A DNA stretch of 64,000 bases from Pristiophorus japonicus. Its lineage: Eukaryota. The DNA lies in NCBI RefSeq assembly GCF_044704955.1, contig NC_091999.1, positions 57,040,001-57,104,000 of the forward strand. The letters run 5' to 3'. Positions 13,144 through 25,826 of this stretch are shown here, in pieces (within the stretch, counting starts at the first letter, position 1; every line of letters starts with the position of its first letter). A program made the translations under genes and the position numbers. The notes beneath the pieces were generated by a model. The model had not been told where the DNA came from, did not search any database, and worked only from the letters and a program-made list of their open reading frames with translations.

Positions 13144-15052
13144 CACTGTGTGTGTGCTCTTTTCAGTTGTTCGTCTTAAGCAGATGATTTATATTCCGGT
13201 GGATGTTTGGACCCTGCGGCCGCACATCCGGCGGTACTCTGAGATCACGGTTCCAGGCTCGGTCTGACACAATCAATGGGTCACGTGAAAGCTCAATAGA
13301 AAATACTGCAGGAAAAACAATCCTTAACATTAAAGAACTGGGAGCAATTGGCACAGGACAACACAAGTGTGAATTAGTAATCTTTAACACACCGAGTGCC
13401 ACTAAGTAGTGCAAAGTGCAGTGAATTGCTCCCCTTCAGTCCTGTCCCTCAATCCGAGTCCATCTCTGGGAGATTGTTACAATGTTCACCCCATCCGCTC
13501 ACACAAATATTACAGACACAATACCAGATCAATTTGACATTGCCCACAACTCTTGTTACCTATTAGTGAAACGAAACCTATGTTCTAACCAAAAAAGTAT
13601 TGCATCCTCCCACCCACACACATAAATATCTTTATTTTTATTAATATCTATCCACCGTCTATATATCTTTGTCTATCTAACAGACGCATGGTCAAGTGCA
13701 CAAATAACGAAGACAGGGTCTGTTCTACAATAAATAGAGATACATTCCTTGGCGTGCGAGTTTATCCCAAAACTATCTGAGACCGGAGCGAAGTGAGACA
13801 CACTGAGCCTAGGCCGACACAAACAGACATTGTAACATTAGAAAACCATAAGCATATAAGAAATAGAAGCAGGAGTCGGCCATACGGCCCCTCGAGCCTG
13901 CTCCGCCATTCAATATGATCATGGCTGATCCGATCATGGATTCAGATCCAATTCCTTGTGTGCTCGCCGTAACCCATTAATCTCTTATCGCATAAAAACT
14001 GTCTATCTCTGTCTTAAAATTATTCAATTTCTCGGAATCCACAGCTCTCTGAGGCAATGAATTCCACAGATTTACAACCCTCTGAGAAAAGAAGTTCCTC
14101 CTCATCTCAGTGTTAACTGGTCGGCCCCTTATTCTAAGATTATGCCCCGAGCTCCAGTCTACCCTATCAGTGGAAAGATCCTCTCTGTCGCCACCTTTTC
14201 GATAAGATCACTACTCATTCTTCTGAATTCCAATGAGTAGATGCCGAACCTCCTCAACCATTCCTCGTCAGTTAAGCCCCTCATCTCCGCATTCAACCTA
14301 GTGAACATTCTCTGGACTGCCTACAAAGCAAGTATAATCTTTCGTAAATGTGGAAAACAAAGCTGTACGCATTTTTCCAGGTGTGGCCTCACCAATACTT
14401 TGTACAACTGTAGCAAGACCAACCTGCTGTTATACTCCATCCCCTTTGTAATAAAGGCCAAAATTCCATTTACCTTCCTGATCACTTCCTTTACCTGCAT
14501 ATTAACCTTTTGTGTTTCATGCACAAGTACCCCCAGGTCCCGCTGTACTGCAGCACTTGGCAATATTTCTTCATTTAATTAAAACGTTGCTCTTTGATTT
14601 GTAATGCCAAAGTGCATGATCTCACACTTTCTTACATTATACTCCATCTGTCAAAGTTTTTCCCACTCACATGGCCTGTCTATGTCCTTTTGCAGATATT
14701 TTGTGTCCTCCTTACATATTGCTTTTCCTCACATCTTTCTATCGTCAACGAGCTTCTCTGTGTTATACTCGGTCCCTTCATTCAATTCGTTAGTATAGAT
14801 TGTAAATAGCTGGGACCCCAGCACTGATCCCTGCGGCACGCCACCATTTACTGATTGCCAAACCGAGAATGAACAATTTAGCCCGAATCTCTGTTTTCTT
14901 TTAATTAGACAATCCTCTATCAATACTAATATATAAACCCAACCCCGTGAAGGTTTATCTTGTGAAGTAACCTTTTATGTGGCACCATGTCAAATGCCTT
15001 CTGGAAGTCGAAATACACCACATTCACTAGTTCCCCTTTATCCACCCTGTTC

Positions 15053-17803
15053 GTGCAAATAGATGTTAACAAATATGATGTGATTGGGATTACGGAGACG
15101 TGGCTCCAGGATGATCAGGGCTGGGAACTCAACATTCAGGGGTATTCAACATTCAGGAAGGATAGAATAAAAGGAAAAGGAGGTGGGGTAGCATTGCTGG
15201 TTAAAGAGGAGATTAATGCAATAGTTAGGAAAGACATTAGCTTGGATGATGTGGAATCTATATGGGTAGAGCTGCAGAACACCAAAGGGCAAAAAACGTT
15301 AGTAGGAGTTGTGTACAGACCTCCAAACAGTAATAGGGATGTTGGGGAGGGCATCAAACAGGAAATTAGGGGTGCATGCAATAAAGGTGTAGCAGTTATA
15401 ATGGGTGACTTTAATATGCACATAGATTGGGCTAGCCAAACTGGAAGCAATACGGTGGAGGAGGATTTCCTGGAGTGCATAAGGGATGGTTTTCTAGACC
15501 AATATGTTGAGGAACCAACTAGGGGGGAGGCCATCTTAGACTGGGTGTTGTGTAATGAGAGAGGATTAATTAGCAATCTCATTGTGCGAGGCCCCTTGGG
15601 GAAGAGTGACCATAATATGGTGGAATTCTGCATTAGGATGGAGAATGAAACAGTAAATTCAGAGACCATGGTCCAGAACTTAAAGAAGGGTAACTTTGAA
15701 GGTATGAGGCGAGAATTGGCTCGGATAGATTGGCGAATGATACTTAGGGGGTTGACTGTGGATGGGCAATGGCAGACATTTAGAGACCGCATGGATGAAG
15801 TACAACAATTGTACATTCCTGTCTGGCGTAAAAATAAAAAGGGGAAGGTGGCTCAACCGTGGCTATCTAGGGAAATCAGGGATAGTATTAAAGCCAAGGA
15901 AGTGGCATACAAATTGGCCAGAAATAGCAGCGAACCTGGGGACTGGGAGAAATTTAGAACTCAGCAGAGGAGGACAAAGGGTTTGATTAGGACAGGGAAA
16001 ATGGAGTACGAGAAGAAGCTTGCAGGGAACATTAAGGCGGATTGCAAAAGTTTCTATAGGTATGTAAAGAGAAAAAGGTTGGTGAAGACAAACGTAGGTC
16101 CCCTGCAGTCAGAATCAGGGGAAGTCATAACGGGGAACAAAGAAATGGCGGATCAATTGAACAAGTACTTTGGTTCGGTATTCACTAAGGAGGATACAAA
16201 CAACCTTCCGGATATAAAAGGGGTCAGAGGGTCTAGTAAGGAAGAGGAACTGAGGGAAATCTTTATTAGTCGGGAAATTGTGTTGGGGAAATTGATGGGA
16301 TTGAAGGCCGATAAATCCCCAGGGCCTGATGGCCTGCATCCTAGAGTACTTAAGGAGGTGGCCTTGGAAATAGCGGATGCATTGACAGTCATTTTCCAAC
16401 ATTCCATTGACTCTGGATCAGTTCCTATGGAGTGGAGGGTAGCCAATGTAACCCCACTTTTTAAAAAAGGAGGGAGAGAGAAAACAGGGAATTATAGACC
16501 GGTCAGCCTGACCTCAGTAGTGGGTAAAATGATGGAATCAATTATTAAGGATGTCATAGCAGTGCATCTGGAAAATGGTGACATGATAGGTCCAAGTCAG
16601 CATGGATTTGTGAAAGGGAAATCATGCTTGACAAATCTTCTGGAATTTTTTGAGGATGTTTCCAGTAAAGTGGACAAAGGAGAACCAGTTGATGTGGTAT
16701 ATTTGGACTTTCAGAAGGCTTTCGACAAGGTCCCACACAAGAGATTAATGTGCAAAGTTAAAGCACATGGGATTGGGGGTAGTGTGCTGACGTGGATTGA
16801 GAACTGGTTGTCAGACAGGAAGCAAAGAGTAGGAGTAAACGGGTACTTTTCAGAATGGCAGGCAGTGACTAGTGGAGTGCCGCAAGGTTCTGTGCTGGGG
16901 CCCCAGCTGTTTACATTGTACATTAATGATTTAGACGAGGGGATTAAATGCAGTATCTCCAAATTTGCGGATGATACTAAGTTGGGTGGCAGTGTGAGCT
17001 GCGAGGAGGATGCTATGAGGCTGCAGAGTGACTTGGATAGGTTAGGTGAGTGGGCAAATGCATGGCAGATGAAGTATAATGTGGATAAATGTGAGGTTAT
17101 CCACTTTGGTGGTAAAAACAGAGAGACAGACTATTATCTGAATGGTGACAGATTAGGAAAAGGGAAGGTGCAACGAGACCTGGGTGTCATGGTACATCAG
17201 TCATTGAAGGTTGGCATGCAGGTACAGCAGGCGGTTAAGAAAGCAAATGGCATGTTGGCCTTCATAGCGAGGGGATTTGAATACAGGGGCAGGGAGGTGT
17301 TGCTACAGTTGTACAGGGCCTTGGTGAGGCCACACCTGGAGTATTGTGTACAGTTTTGGTCTCCTAACTTGAGGAAGGACATTCTTGCTATTGAGGGAGT
17401 GCAGCGAAGGTTCACCAGACTGATTCCCGGGATGGCGGGACTGACCTATCAAGAAAGATTGGATCAATTGGGCTTGTATTCACTGGAGTTCAGAAGAATG
17501 AGAGGGGACCTCATAGAAACGTTTAAAATTCTGACGGGTTTAGACAGGTTAGATGCAGAAAGAATGTTCCCAATGTTGGGGAAGTCCAGAACCAGGGGTC
17601 ACAGTCTGAGGATAAGGGGTAAGCCATTTAGGACCGAGATGAGGAGAAACTTCTTCACCCAGAGAGTGGTGAACCTGTGGAATTCTCTACCACAGAAAGT
17701 AGTTGAGGCCAATTCACTAAATATATTCAAAAGGGAGTTAGATGAAGTCCTTACTACTCGGGGGATCAAGGGTTATGGCGAGAAAGCAGGAAGGGGGTAC
17801 TGA
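15053..17803 (+). CDS. CR1 ORF2 (APE endonuclease + reverse transcriptase), uninterrupted but missing its N-terminus
   Basis: 938-aa ORF with ITETWL, GVVYRPP, MGDFN, SDHN, YRPVSLTS, DFQKAFDKV, GVPQGSVLGP and FADD. The first 22 aa (14987-15052) come from the antisense strand of the host LINE. Confidence 0.9.
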   Translation: MQIDVNKYDVIGITETWLQDDQGWELNIQGYSTFRKDRIKGKGGGVALLVKEEINAIVRKDISLDDVESIWVELQNTKGQKTLVGVVYRPPNSNRDVGEGIKQEIRGACNKGVAVIMGDFNMHIDWASQTGSNTVEEDFLECIRDGFLDQYVEEPTRGEAILDWVLCNERGLISNLIVRGPLGKSDHNMVEFCIRMENETVNSETMVQNLKKGNFEGMRRELARIDWRMILRGLTVDGQWQTFRDRMDEVQQLYIPVWRKNKKGKVAQPWLSREIRDSIKAKEVAYKLARNSSEPGDWEKFRTQQRRTKGLIRTGKMEYEKKLAGNIKADCKSFYRYVKRKRLVKTNVGPLQSESGEVITGNKEMADQLNKYFGSVFTKEDTNNLPDIKGVRGSSKEEELREIFISREIVLGKLMGLKADKSPGPDGLHPRVLKEVALEIADALTVIFQHSIDSGSVPMEWRVANVTPLFKKGGREKTGNYRPVSLTSVVGKMMESIIKDVIAVHLENGDMIGPSQHGFVKGKSCLTNLLEFFEDVSSKVDKGEPVDVVYLDFQKAFDKVPHKRLMCKVKAHGIGGSVLTWIENWLSDRKQRVGVNGYFSEWQAVTSGVPQGSVLGPQLFTLYINDLDEGIKCSISKFADDTKLGGSVSCEEDAMRLQSDLDRLGEWANAWQMKYNVDKCEVIHFGGKNRETDYYLNGDRLGKGKVQRDLGVMVHQSLKVGMQVQQAVKKANGMLAFIARGFEYRGREVLLQLYRALVRPHLEYCVQFWSPNLRKDILAIEGVQRRFTRLIPGMAGLTYQERLDQLGLYSLEFRRMRGDLIETFKILTGLDRLDAERMFPMLGKSRTRGHSLRIRGKPFRTEMRRNFFTQRVVNLWNSLPQKVVEANSLNIFKRELDEVLTTRGIKGYGEKAGRGY

Positions 17804-17902
17804 AGTTTCATGTTCAGCCATGAACTCATTGAATGGCGGTGCAGGCTAGAAGGGCTGAATGGCCTGCTCCTGCACCTATTTTCTATGTTTCTATGTTTCT
17901 AT
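15053..17902 (+). mobile_element. Young 5'-truncated CR1 LINE
   Basis: Begins inside the endonuclease domain and ends in (TTTCTATG)n at 17880-17902. Same family as the copies at 1457-6194, 40814-42371 and 46306-50727. Confidence 0.95.
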
Positions 17903-18329
17903 CCTCAAAGATTTCCAGCAATTTTTGCAAACATGACTTCCTCTTCATAAATTTATGCTGACTCTGCCTGACCGAATTATGCTTTTCCAAATATCCTGCT
18001 AAAGCTTATTTAACAATTTCCCAAACACAGATTTTAGGCTACCTGGTCTATAGTTTCCTGCTTTCCGGCTTCCTCCTTTTTTAAATAGGCGCTTTACATT
18101 TGCAGTTTTCCAATCTGCTGGGACTTCTTTTGAAGTGCAATGATACACGACCTAGTGCAACATGAAGGGAGACTGGGTCTAGTGTAATATAAACAGAGGC
18201 AGGGCCCAGTGTAATACACACAGAGTCAGGGTCTAGTGTATTATAAAGACAAGGTCTAGTGTAATATAAACAGCTACTGTGCCCAGTGCAATATAAATAT
18301 AAAAATATAAGTACATAAAAAATAAGAAA

Positions 18330-19990
18330 TATCCTCTCTGGATTCACCTTGTTGAGCCCCCTCATTATCCTATGTTTCAGTAAAATCACTTCTCATTCTT
18401 CTGAACTCCAATGTGTACCGGCTCAACCTACTCAACCTATCTTCATAAGTCAGCCTCCTCATCTCCGGACTCATCCTAGTAAACCTTCTCTGGACAGCCT
18501 CCAATGTAATTATATCGTTCCTGAAATATGGAGACCAAAACCTTACGCAGTACTCTCGTACAATATCCTCTACAGTTCTGCCCACTCACTTAGCCTGTCT
18601 AAATCCCTTTGCAGATTTTTGTGTCGACGTCACAATTTGCTTTCTCACCCATCTTTGTATCATCAGCAAACTTGGCAACATTACACTCAGTGGCTTCATC
18701 CTAGTCATTACTACAGATTGTTAATAGTTGAGGACCAAGTACCGATCCCTGCGGCACCCCACTAGTCACTGTTTGCAAACCAGAAAATGACCCAAATATC
18801 CCGATTAACCGATCAGCTAGTTAGCCAATACGCTATCCATGCGAGTATATTAACCACAACTCCGTGAACTTTTATCTTGTGCAATAACCTTTTATATGGC
18901 ACCTTATCGAATGCATTCTGGAAATACAAATACACCACATCCACTGGTCCCCCCTTATCCACTCTGCTCGTTACATCTTCAAAGAACTCCAGCAAATTTT
19001 TCAAACATGATTTCCCTTTCATTAAACCATGCTGACTCTGCTTGATTGAATGATGCTTTTCCAAATGTCCCGCTACTGCTTCCTGAATGGACTCCAACTT
19101 TTTTCCCAATGGCTGACGTTCGTCTCATATAGTTTCTTGCTTTTTGTCTGCCTTCATTTTTAAATTGTGACGTTATATTTGCAATTTTCCAATCTGCTGG
19201 GCCCGCCCCAGAATCCAGGACATTTTGGTAGATTACAGCCAAAGCATCCACTATCTCTGCAGTCACTACTTTTAGGACCCGAAGATGTAATCCGTCAGCT
19301 CCAGGGGACTTGTCCGTCTTGAGTTCCATTATTTTACCAAGTACTACTTCATTAGTGATCATGATTGTAATAACTTCCTCCCTCCCTATAGCCATTGATG
19401 TTCCACTATTGGAATGTTTTTAATGTATTATACCGTGAAGACAAATACAACATATTTCTTCAACGACTTTGCCATTTCCTTGGTCTCCGTAATTAATTGC
19501 CCAGTCTCATTGTCTCGGTGACCAATATTTACTTTAGCCAAACTTTTCCTTTTTATGCACCTGTAGAAACTCTTACTATCTGTTTTTATATTTCGTGCTA
19601 GTTTACTTTCAGAATATATCTTCCCTCTCTTTATCATTTATTATTTCTTTGCTAGCTTTTAAAAGTTTCCCAATCCTCTGACCTCCCACTAGTCTTAAAT
19701 TTGATACCTTCCCTTATTTCCTTAGTTAGCCACGGATGGTTATCCCTATCTCATGCAGTGTTGCCTTCTCATTGGGATATATTTTTGTTTCGAGTTATGA
19801 AATATCTCCTTAAATATCTGACTCTGCTCATCATCTGTCCCATCCCTTTATCTATTTTCCCAGTCCACTTTGGCCAACTCTGCCCTCATAGTATCCTTCA
19901 TTTAAACTTAGGACGCTGGTTTGTGAACCAACTCTCACCCACCAGCTCCCCCCACCCCACCCTCCACTAATTGAATGTGAAATTCAACCA
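18330..19990 (-). mobile_element. Degenerate CR1 ORF2 fragments
   Basis: ORFs 18370-18585, 18813-19109, 18979-19395 and 19428-19637 are CR1 RT/linker pieces broken by frameshifts. Confidence 0.8.
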
Positions 19991-21689
19991 TGTTATGGTC
20001 ACTCATAGATTAGTACAGCACAGACGGTGGCCATTCAGCCGATATAGTCTGTGGCAGCTCTTTCAAAGAATAATCCAGTTAATGTCAATCCCAAGCTCCT
20101 TCCCTATATCACTGCATTTATTCTCCTTCAAATATTTACACAATTTCCTTTTGAAGGCTACTATTGAATCTGTATCTACCACTCTATCATGCAGTACATT
20201 CTAAATCCTAATTCATGGTTGGGTAGAGAATTTCGTCGACATATAACTTCTTGTTCCTTTGTCAATCGCCATCCCTCTGAAACAGTTTCTGTTTATATAC
20301 TCTGTCTAATCCATTGATGATTTCAAAACCGTCCATCAAATCTTCTCTTAGACTTTCATCCTCTAAATGGGGAATCCCATCTTCTCCTGTCTCACCACAT
20401 TAACTGAAGTCCCTCATCCCTGGTACCATTCTATTACATATGCCCTCAATCTTGCCCACTCCAAGGAGAGCAATCCCATCTTCTCCAGTCTCCACTTTAA
20501 CTGAAGTCCCTCATGCAGGTACCAATCTACTGAATCTCCCCTCACCCTTCTCTGCTGTATGGAGAACAGCCCCAGCTTCTCCAAGTCTGTCCGTGTAGCG
20601 AGAGCTTGCGAGCTACCATACCATACACACAATGGCAACAAGCTCCAGGCGGGCACTGACCCATCCTCAACAGCGAGAATGGGGAGGGAAAACGAGAAGT
20701 GAAATTCGACGATGACTTAAAACAATTTTTAAAGATGTTACCCATATTTTTTTTTATTTATATAAAGGAAAATTATCCCGACTGCCCCAACTCGAATTTC
20801 TACCTAGTGCCATTTCTCCAGCCAACTCCCTCTCTGGAAAGGTCACCATTTTATTTCTCATCAGTTAAATATATCGATTTGCTGTCGCTCTCTCTCTTAT
20901 TTATTAATATATATGAAAGCCCGGTGGAGGAATTGGGTGCAGAACATTCCAGCTCAGGAATCCTCATCGTTGGAAGCAGAAACACTGCAAAGGGAAAATA
21001 AGAATCGGCTGAGCTGAGGGAGGGATGGAGGTAGGGAGGAGTGGAGCATGGGCGGGGTGGTGTGATGGAGGGGTGGAGGGATGGTTGGACGGTGGGAGCG
21101 ATGGGTGCGGGGAGGGAGAGATTGATGTGTGGAACAATGGAGGTATGGAGGACTGGAAATGGAAGGAGGGTGGCAGGGATGGTGGGACGGATTGATGAAG
21201 GGAGGGAGGAAAGGAGAGATGGGTGGAGGGTGGGAGGGATGGAGGGAGAGAGGGATGATGGGTGGGAGGGAAGGAGAGACGGGTGGTGTGAGGGAAGGAT
21301 AGTGGGAGGGAGTGATGGAGTATCTCCCATTTTACCCGATTAAAACTCTTCACATTCTTGAGCACCTCGAATAAGAGGCCCATAACCTACGCGGCTCTAA
21401 GGAGAACAATCCTAGCTTTCAGCTGCTCTGATGTTGCAGCTCACACAGTGTAAAACTCAAGTTCCGTGAGTCCTTCTGCCTCGGGCACTTCCAGATGTTC
21501 CTTGTGGAATCGCTGGCACTTTTATATAGACCCAGTGGAAACCTCAGTGTGGAAATGACATCCCGGACAAGATAAGAGACCTCACGCATGATAATAAACT
21601 GATCGGAGTAATACTGTGCTCAGGCCCTGAACTTCAGGCAGGATGAACTGAATGGCAACATTTTAAAATACAAGCTGTGATATGTTCAA

Positions 21690-22130
21690 GCCTCGGCTCA
21701 GTGGGATCACTCTCGCCTCTGACTCAGAAGTTCACAGATACTAAACCCCACTCCAGAGACCTGAGGCCATAATATGTGCCGTATGACCGATGCCAGTACT
21801 GAGGGTGTGCTGCACGGTCAGAGCTGCCGGCTTTTGGGGCAAACATTAAGCTGATGCCCCATCTTCCCATTCAGGTGGATTTAAAGGATTCATTTCACTA
21901 TCTTAAACAGCTGAGGAGTTCTCCAGGGTTTCCACGGAAAACATTTGTCCCTCAAAGAACATCTGAAAAACAGATCATCTGATCATTATTCATTGCTGTG
22001 TATGGGATCTTGCTGTGCACAGAATGGTTGCCACATTTCCAACAATACAACACTTCCAAAGTAATTCATTGGCTGTAAAGCATTTGGGACATCATGAGGT
22101 CACGAAGGGCGCTATATAAATGCTAGCTTT
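21690..22130 (+). mobile_element. Deu-domain SINE (paralog of 8710-9160)
   Basis: GGCTCAGTGGGATCACTCTCGCCTCTGACTCAGAAG head, CAGTACTGAGGG core, GCGCTATATAAATGC end. Confidence 0.78.
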
Positions 22131-23739
22131 TCTAAATGTCAACATTCTTAAATAGAAGTTGCGATACGTGAAACGCTCAGATATTACTGATGGTCACCGG
22201 TTGAAATTGCTTAGTTTCAATGCGTTTAATCTTCCACAAAATGGAGATCCAGTGGAATAGCAGCGTGTTCAGAGATGTTCCACTGATTTCAGCAGCAGAA
22301 CTTTCAGAACTGAATTATTCATTTTAATATTTATTTCCTTTGATATAAATCACATCTGTTCTAATTAAACAAAACTGAAGCCAACGTCACTGTTTGACAT
22401 ATTGCTACTTCTGTGTACCCACAGTCAATATTCTTAAAATATGCCCTTGTTGTGAGTTGAGACTAATCAATAAGTGACTCTGTTGTCATGATTTTGCTGC
22501 CATGAAAAATTCATAGGAACCATTCAGGCCTTTATGTAAATAATCACAGAAATAGATGTCCCAGATTAGAGTATTGAGCGACAGAGACACAATAATGTTT
22601 CCCCACCAACACAGCATAGAAATAAAGATAGATAGAAATGCAAATCTCTCAACAGACTCGCAACAATTGTTTTTTGGTACATTTCACTAAATTTTATTAG
22701 AATAAAGGAAAGATGATATAATGGAAAGAATGGGGAAATACTCCTTCTCGTCAGCATGTACAGCAACATCACTAATGTGATACTGGAGGTTTATGCTTAA
22801 AGGTATACCTGCCCTGGGAGTGTGTAATGGGACATAGTACAGTGAGCGTTACTCTGTATCTAACACGTGCTATACCTGCCATGGGAGTATGTGTTGGGGC
22901 AGAATAGAGGGCACTTTACTCTGTACCTGACACATGCTGTCCCTGGCCTGGGAATGTTTGATGGTGCAGTGTAGAGGGCGCTTTATTATGTAGCTAACAC
23001 ATGCTGAACCTGGCCTGGAAGTTACAAAGTTTAGTGCAGTAATAACTGAGACAGGGTCCAGTGGAATATAAACAGAGATATGGTCTTGTTTAATAATGTA
23101 AAAGGATGGGGCTAGTGTAATACAATCCATGTCCTGGTCTAGTTTAATATAAACAGAGACAGGGTCTTGTGTAATAGGAACAAAGACATGATATATTCCA
23201 GTAATATCTGCTCCCGGGCCGAGTACAATATTAATAGTTCTAGTGCAGTAATAACTGAGATAGGGCCCCGTGCAGGATTACTGATACAGGGACATTTCTT
23301 TATTCGCTCCTTGCATATGGGTGTGGGTGTCGCTGACAAGGCAAACATTGATGGTCCATCCCGAATTGGCCGAGCTGCCACCTTGAACCGCTGCAGTCCA
23401 TGTGGTGATGGAACCCCCCACATTGTTCGGGAGGGGGTTCCACGAATTTGACCCAGCGACTATGAAGGAACGGTAATAATTTTCCAAGTCAGGTTGATGT
23501 GTGATTTGGAGGGATACATGGAGATGATGGTGTTCCCATGACCACGCTACCCTTGCCCTTCCAGGTGGAAGAGGTCGCAGGTCTGGAAAGGGTTGTCGAG
23601 GATGTCTTGGGGAGTTGCTGCAAAGCATCTTGGCGATTTTAATCATTGCAGGCATGCTGCACCGTTGGAGGAGGGAGGGAATATTTAACGTGATGGATAG
23701 GGTAAAATAAACTTGAGAATGGTCTACTGAGATGTAGTG

Positions 23740-25180
23740 GAGTATTTTTGTGTCCTCGTCACACATTGCTTTTTCTCCCATCTTTGTATCATCATAAAAC
23801 TTGGCTATGTTACTCTCGATCCCTTCTTCAAAGTTGGTAGATTGTATACAGATGGGTTCCCAGCACTGATCCCTGCAGCACCCCAATATTTACTGATTGC
23901 CAACCCTAGAATGAACCATTGATCCTGACTCTCTGTTTTCTGTCAGTTAGCTAATCCTCTATCCTTGCTATAATTTCAGCCCCAACCCCGTCAATGTTTA
24001 TCTTGTGCAGTAACCTTTTATGTGGCACCTTGTCAAATGCCTTCTAAAAGCCCAAACACATCACATCCACTGGTTCCTCTTTATCCACCCTGTGTGTTAC
24101 ATCCTCAAAGATTTCCAGAAAATGTGTCAAACATGACTTCCCCTTCATAAATCCATGCCAACTCTGCCTGACCGAATTTTTATTTTCCAAATATTCTGCC
24201 ACTGCTTCTTTAATAATGGATTCCAACATTTTCCCAAGCACAGCTGTTAGACTAACTGGTTTATAGTTTCCAGCTTTTAGCCTGTCAATAGGTGCATTAT
24301 ATTTGCAGTTTTCCAATCTGCTAATCACCGTAAATCTGTGCCCTTTGTTCTCGATCTTTCCACCAATGGGAACAGTTTCTCGATATCTACTCTGTCTCGT
24401 CCCATTATGTTCTGAACACCTCTATGAAATCTCATCTCAACCTTCCTGCTCCAAGGAGAACAATTCCATCTTCTCCAGACTATCCACTTAAACGAAGTAC
24501 CGTGTCACTGGAACCACAATTGTAAATATTTTCTGAATCCTCTCTAAGGCCTTATATCCTTCCTAAAGAATTGGACACAATACTCCAGGTGAGGCTTAAC
24601 CAGTGTTTTATAAACGTTCATCATAACTTCCTTTCTTTTGTACTTTATGTGTGTATTTTTGATGCCTAGGATCATGTAAGCTTTTTTGACCATTTTCTCA
24701 ACCGGCCCTGCCACCTTCAATGATTTGTGCACATATACCATCAGGTCACTGTGTTCATGCAACTCCTTTAGAATTGTACGCTTTGGTTTATTTTTCCTCT
24801 CCTCATTCGTCTTATAAAAGTGATTAATTGCATACTTTTCTCCGTTTCATTTGCCACGAGTGCACCCCTTTCATCAGCATGTCTATGTCCTCTTGAAGTC
24901 ATCACTATCCTCCTCACTGTTCACTGTATTTGCAAGTTTTGTATCATCTGCAAATTTCGAAATTTTACCCTGTACTCCTAAGTCTAAGTCATGAATATAA
25001 ATGAAGAAACGCAGTGTTCCTTGTACCAAACGCTGCAGAATATCACAGTATACCTTCCCCCAGTCCAGCAAAAAATAACTGGTAACCACTACTCTGTCAT
25101 ATATCATGCTGTCACTGTCCACTTTATTCTATGGGTTTAAATTTTTATGGCACTTTATCAAACAACTTTTAGAAGTCCAC
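23740..25180 (-). mobile_element. Degenerate CR1 RT fragments
   Basis: ORFs 24044-24328, 24544-24762 and 24883-25122 (ISKFADDTKL). Confidence 0.78.
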
Positions 25181-25315
25181 CACATAAACCGTATAAACTG
25201 AGACTGGGTCTAGTGCACTAAAACCTGCGACGGGGTCGGGATCTGGTGTAATGAGAGAAATAATGCCAGATAATTACGGATTTATTAACCTCCTGCCAGG
25301 TACAGGTGCACTAAT

Positions 25316-25826
25316 CATAGAAGTATAGAAACATAGAAAATATGTGTAAGAGCAGGCCATTCGGCCCTTCGAGCCTGCAGCACCATTCAATATGATCATG
25401 GCTGATCATATATCTTCAGTACTCCACTCCAGTCTTCTCTCCATACCCCCTGATCCCTTTAGCCGTAAGGGCCACATCTAACTCCCTTTTGAATATATCC
25501 AACTAACTGTACTCAAAAACTTTCTGTGGCAGAGAATTCCATCGGTTCACATTTCTCTGGGTGAAGAAGATTCTCCTCATCTCTGTCCTAAATGGCTTAC
25601 CCCTTATCCTTAGACTGTGACTCCTAGTTCTAGACTTCCCCAACATCGGGAACATTCTTCCTACTTCTAACCTGTCCAATCCCGTCAGAATTGTATATGA
25701 TTCTATGAGATCCCCTCTCATTCTTCTAAATTCCAGCGAATATAAGGCTAGTCAATCCAATCTTTTTTCATAGGTCAATCCTGCCATCCCGCGAATCAGT
25801 TTTGTGAACTTTGGCTGCGCTCCCTC
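25316..25826 (-). mobile_element. Short 5'-truncated CR1 (3' end)
   Basis: CATAGAAGTATAGAAACATAGAAAA tail. ORF 25503-25721 is the ORF2 C-terminus. Absent from the paralogous site at ~12535. Confidence 0.88.

Larger units (their letters stand above)
13850..18125 (-). mobile_element. Older CR1 LINE interrupted by a younger antisense CR1
   Basis: Tail-like CATAAGCATATAAGAAATAG at ~13847. RT fragments at 14321-14563 and 14729-14923. The host sequence TTATCCACCCTGTTCGT breaks at ~15054 and resumes with ATCCTCAAAG at 17901. Confidence 0.82.

Noticed and set aside
13201-13260. GC-rich patch ending ATCACGGTTCCAG that loosely resembles a J segment
   Set aside because: No FGxG/WGxG in frame, no GT donor, and the nearby CACTGTG is part of a TG repeat beside the gap.
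14987-15052. ATG start of the 938-aa ORF as a real chimeric gene
   Set aside because: These 22 codons are the antisense strand of the host LINE. The in-frame fusion is most simply chance, and there is no promoter evidence.
8024-21383. Pro/Ser-rich and Gly-rich ORFs at ~8.0-8.4 kb and ~20.9-21.4 kb
   Set aside because: Products of (GGAN)n low-complexity tracts.
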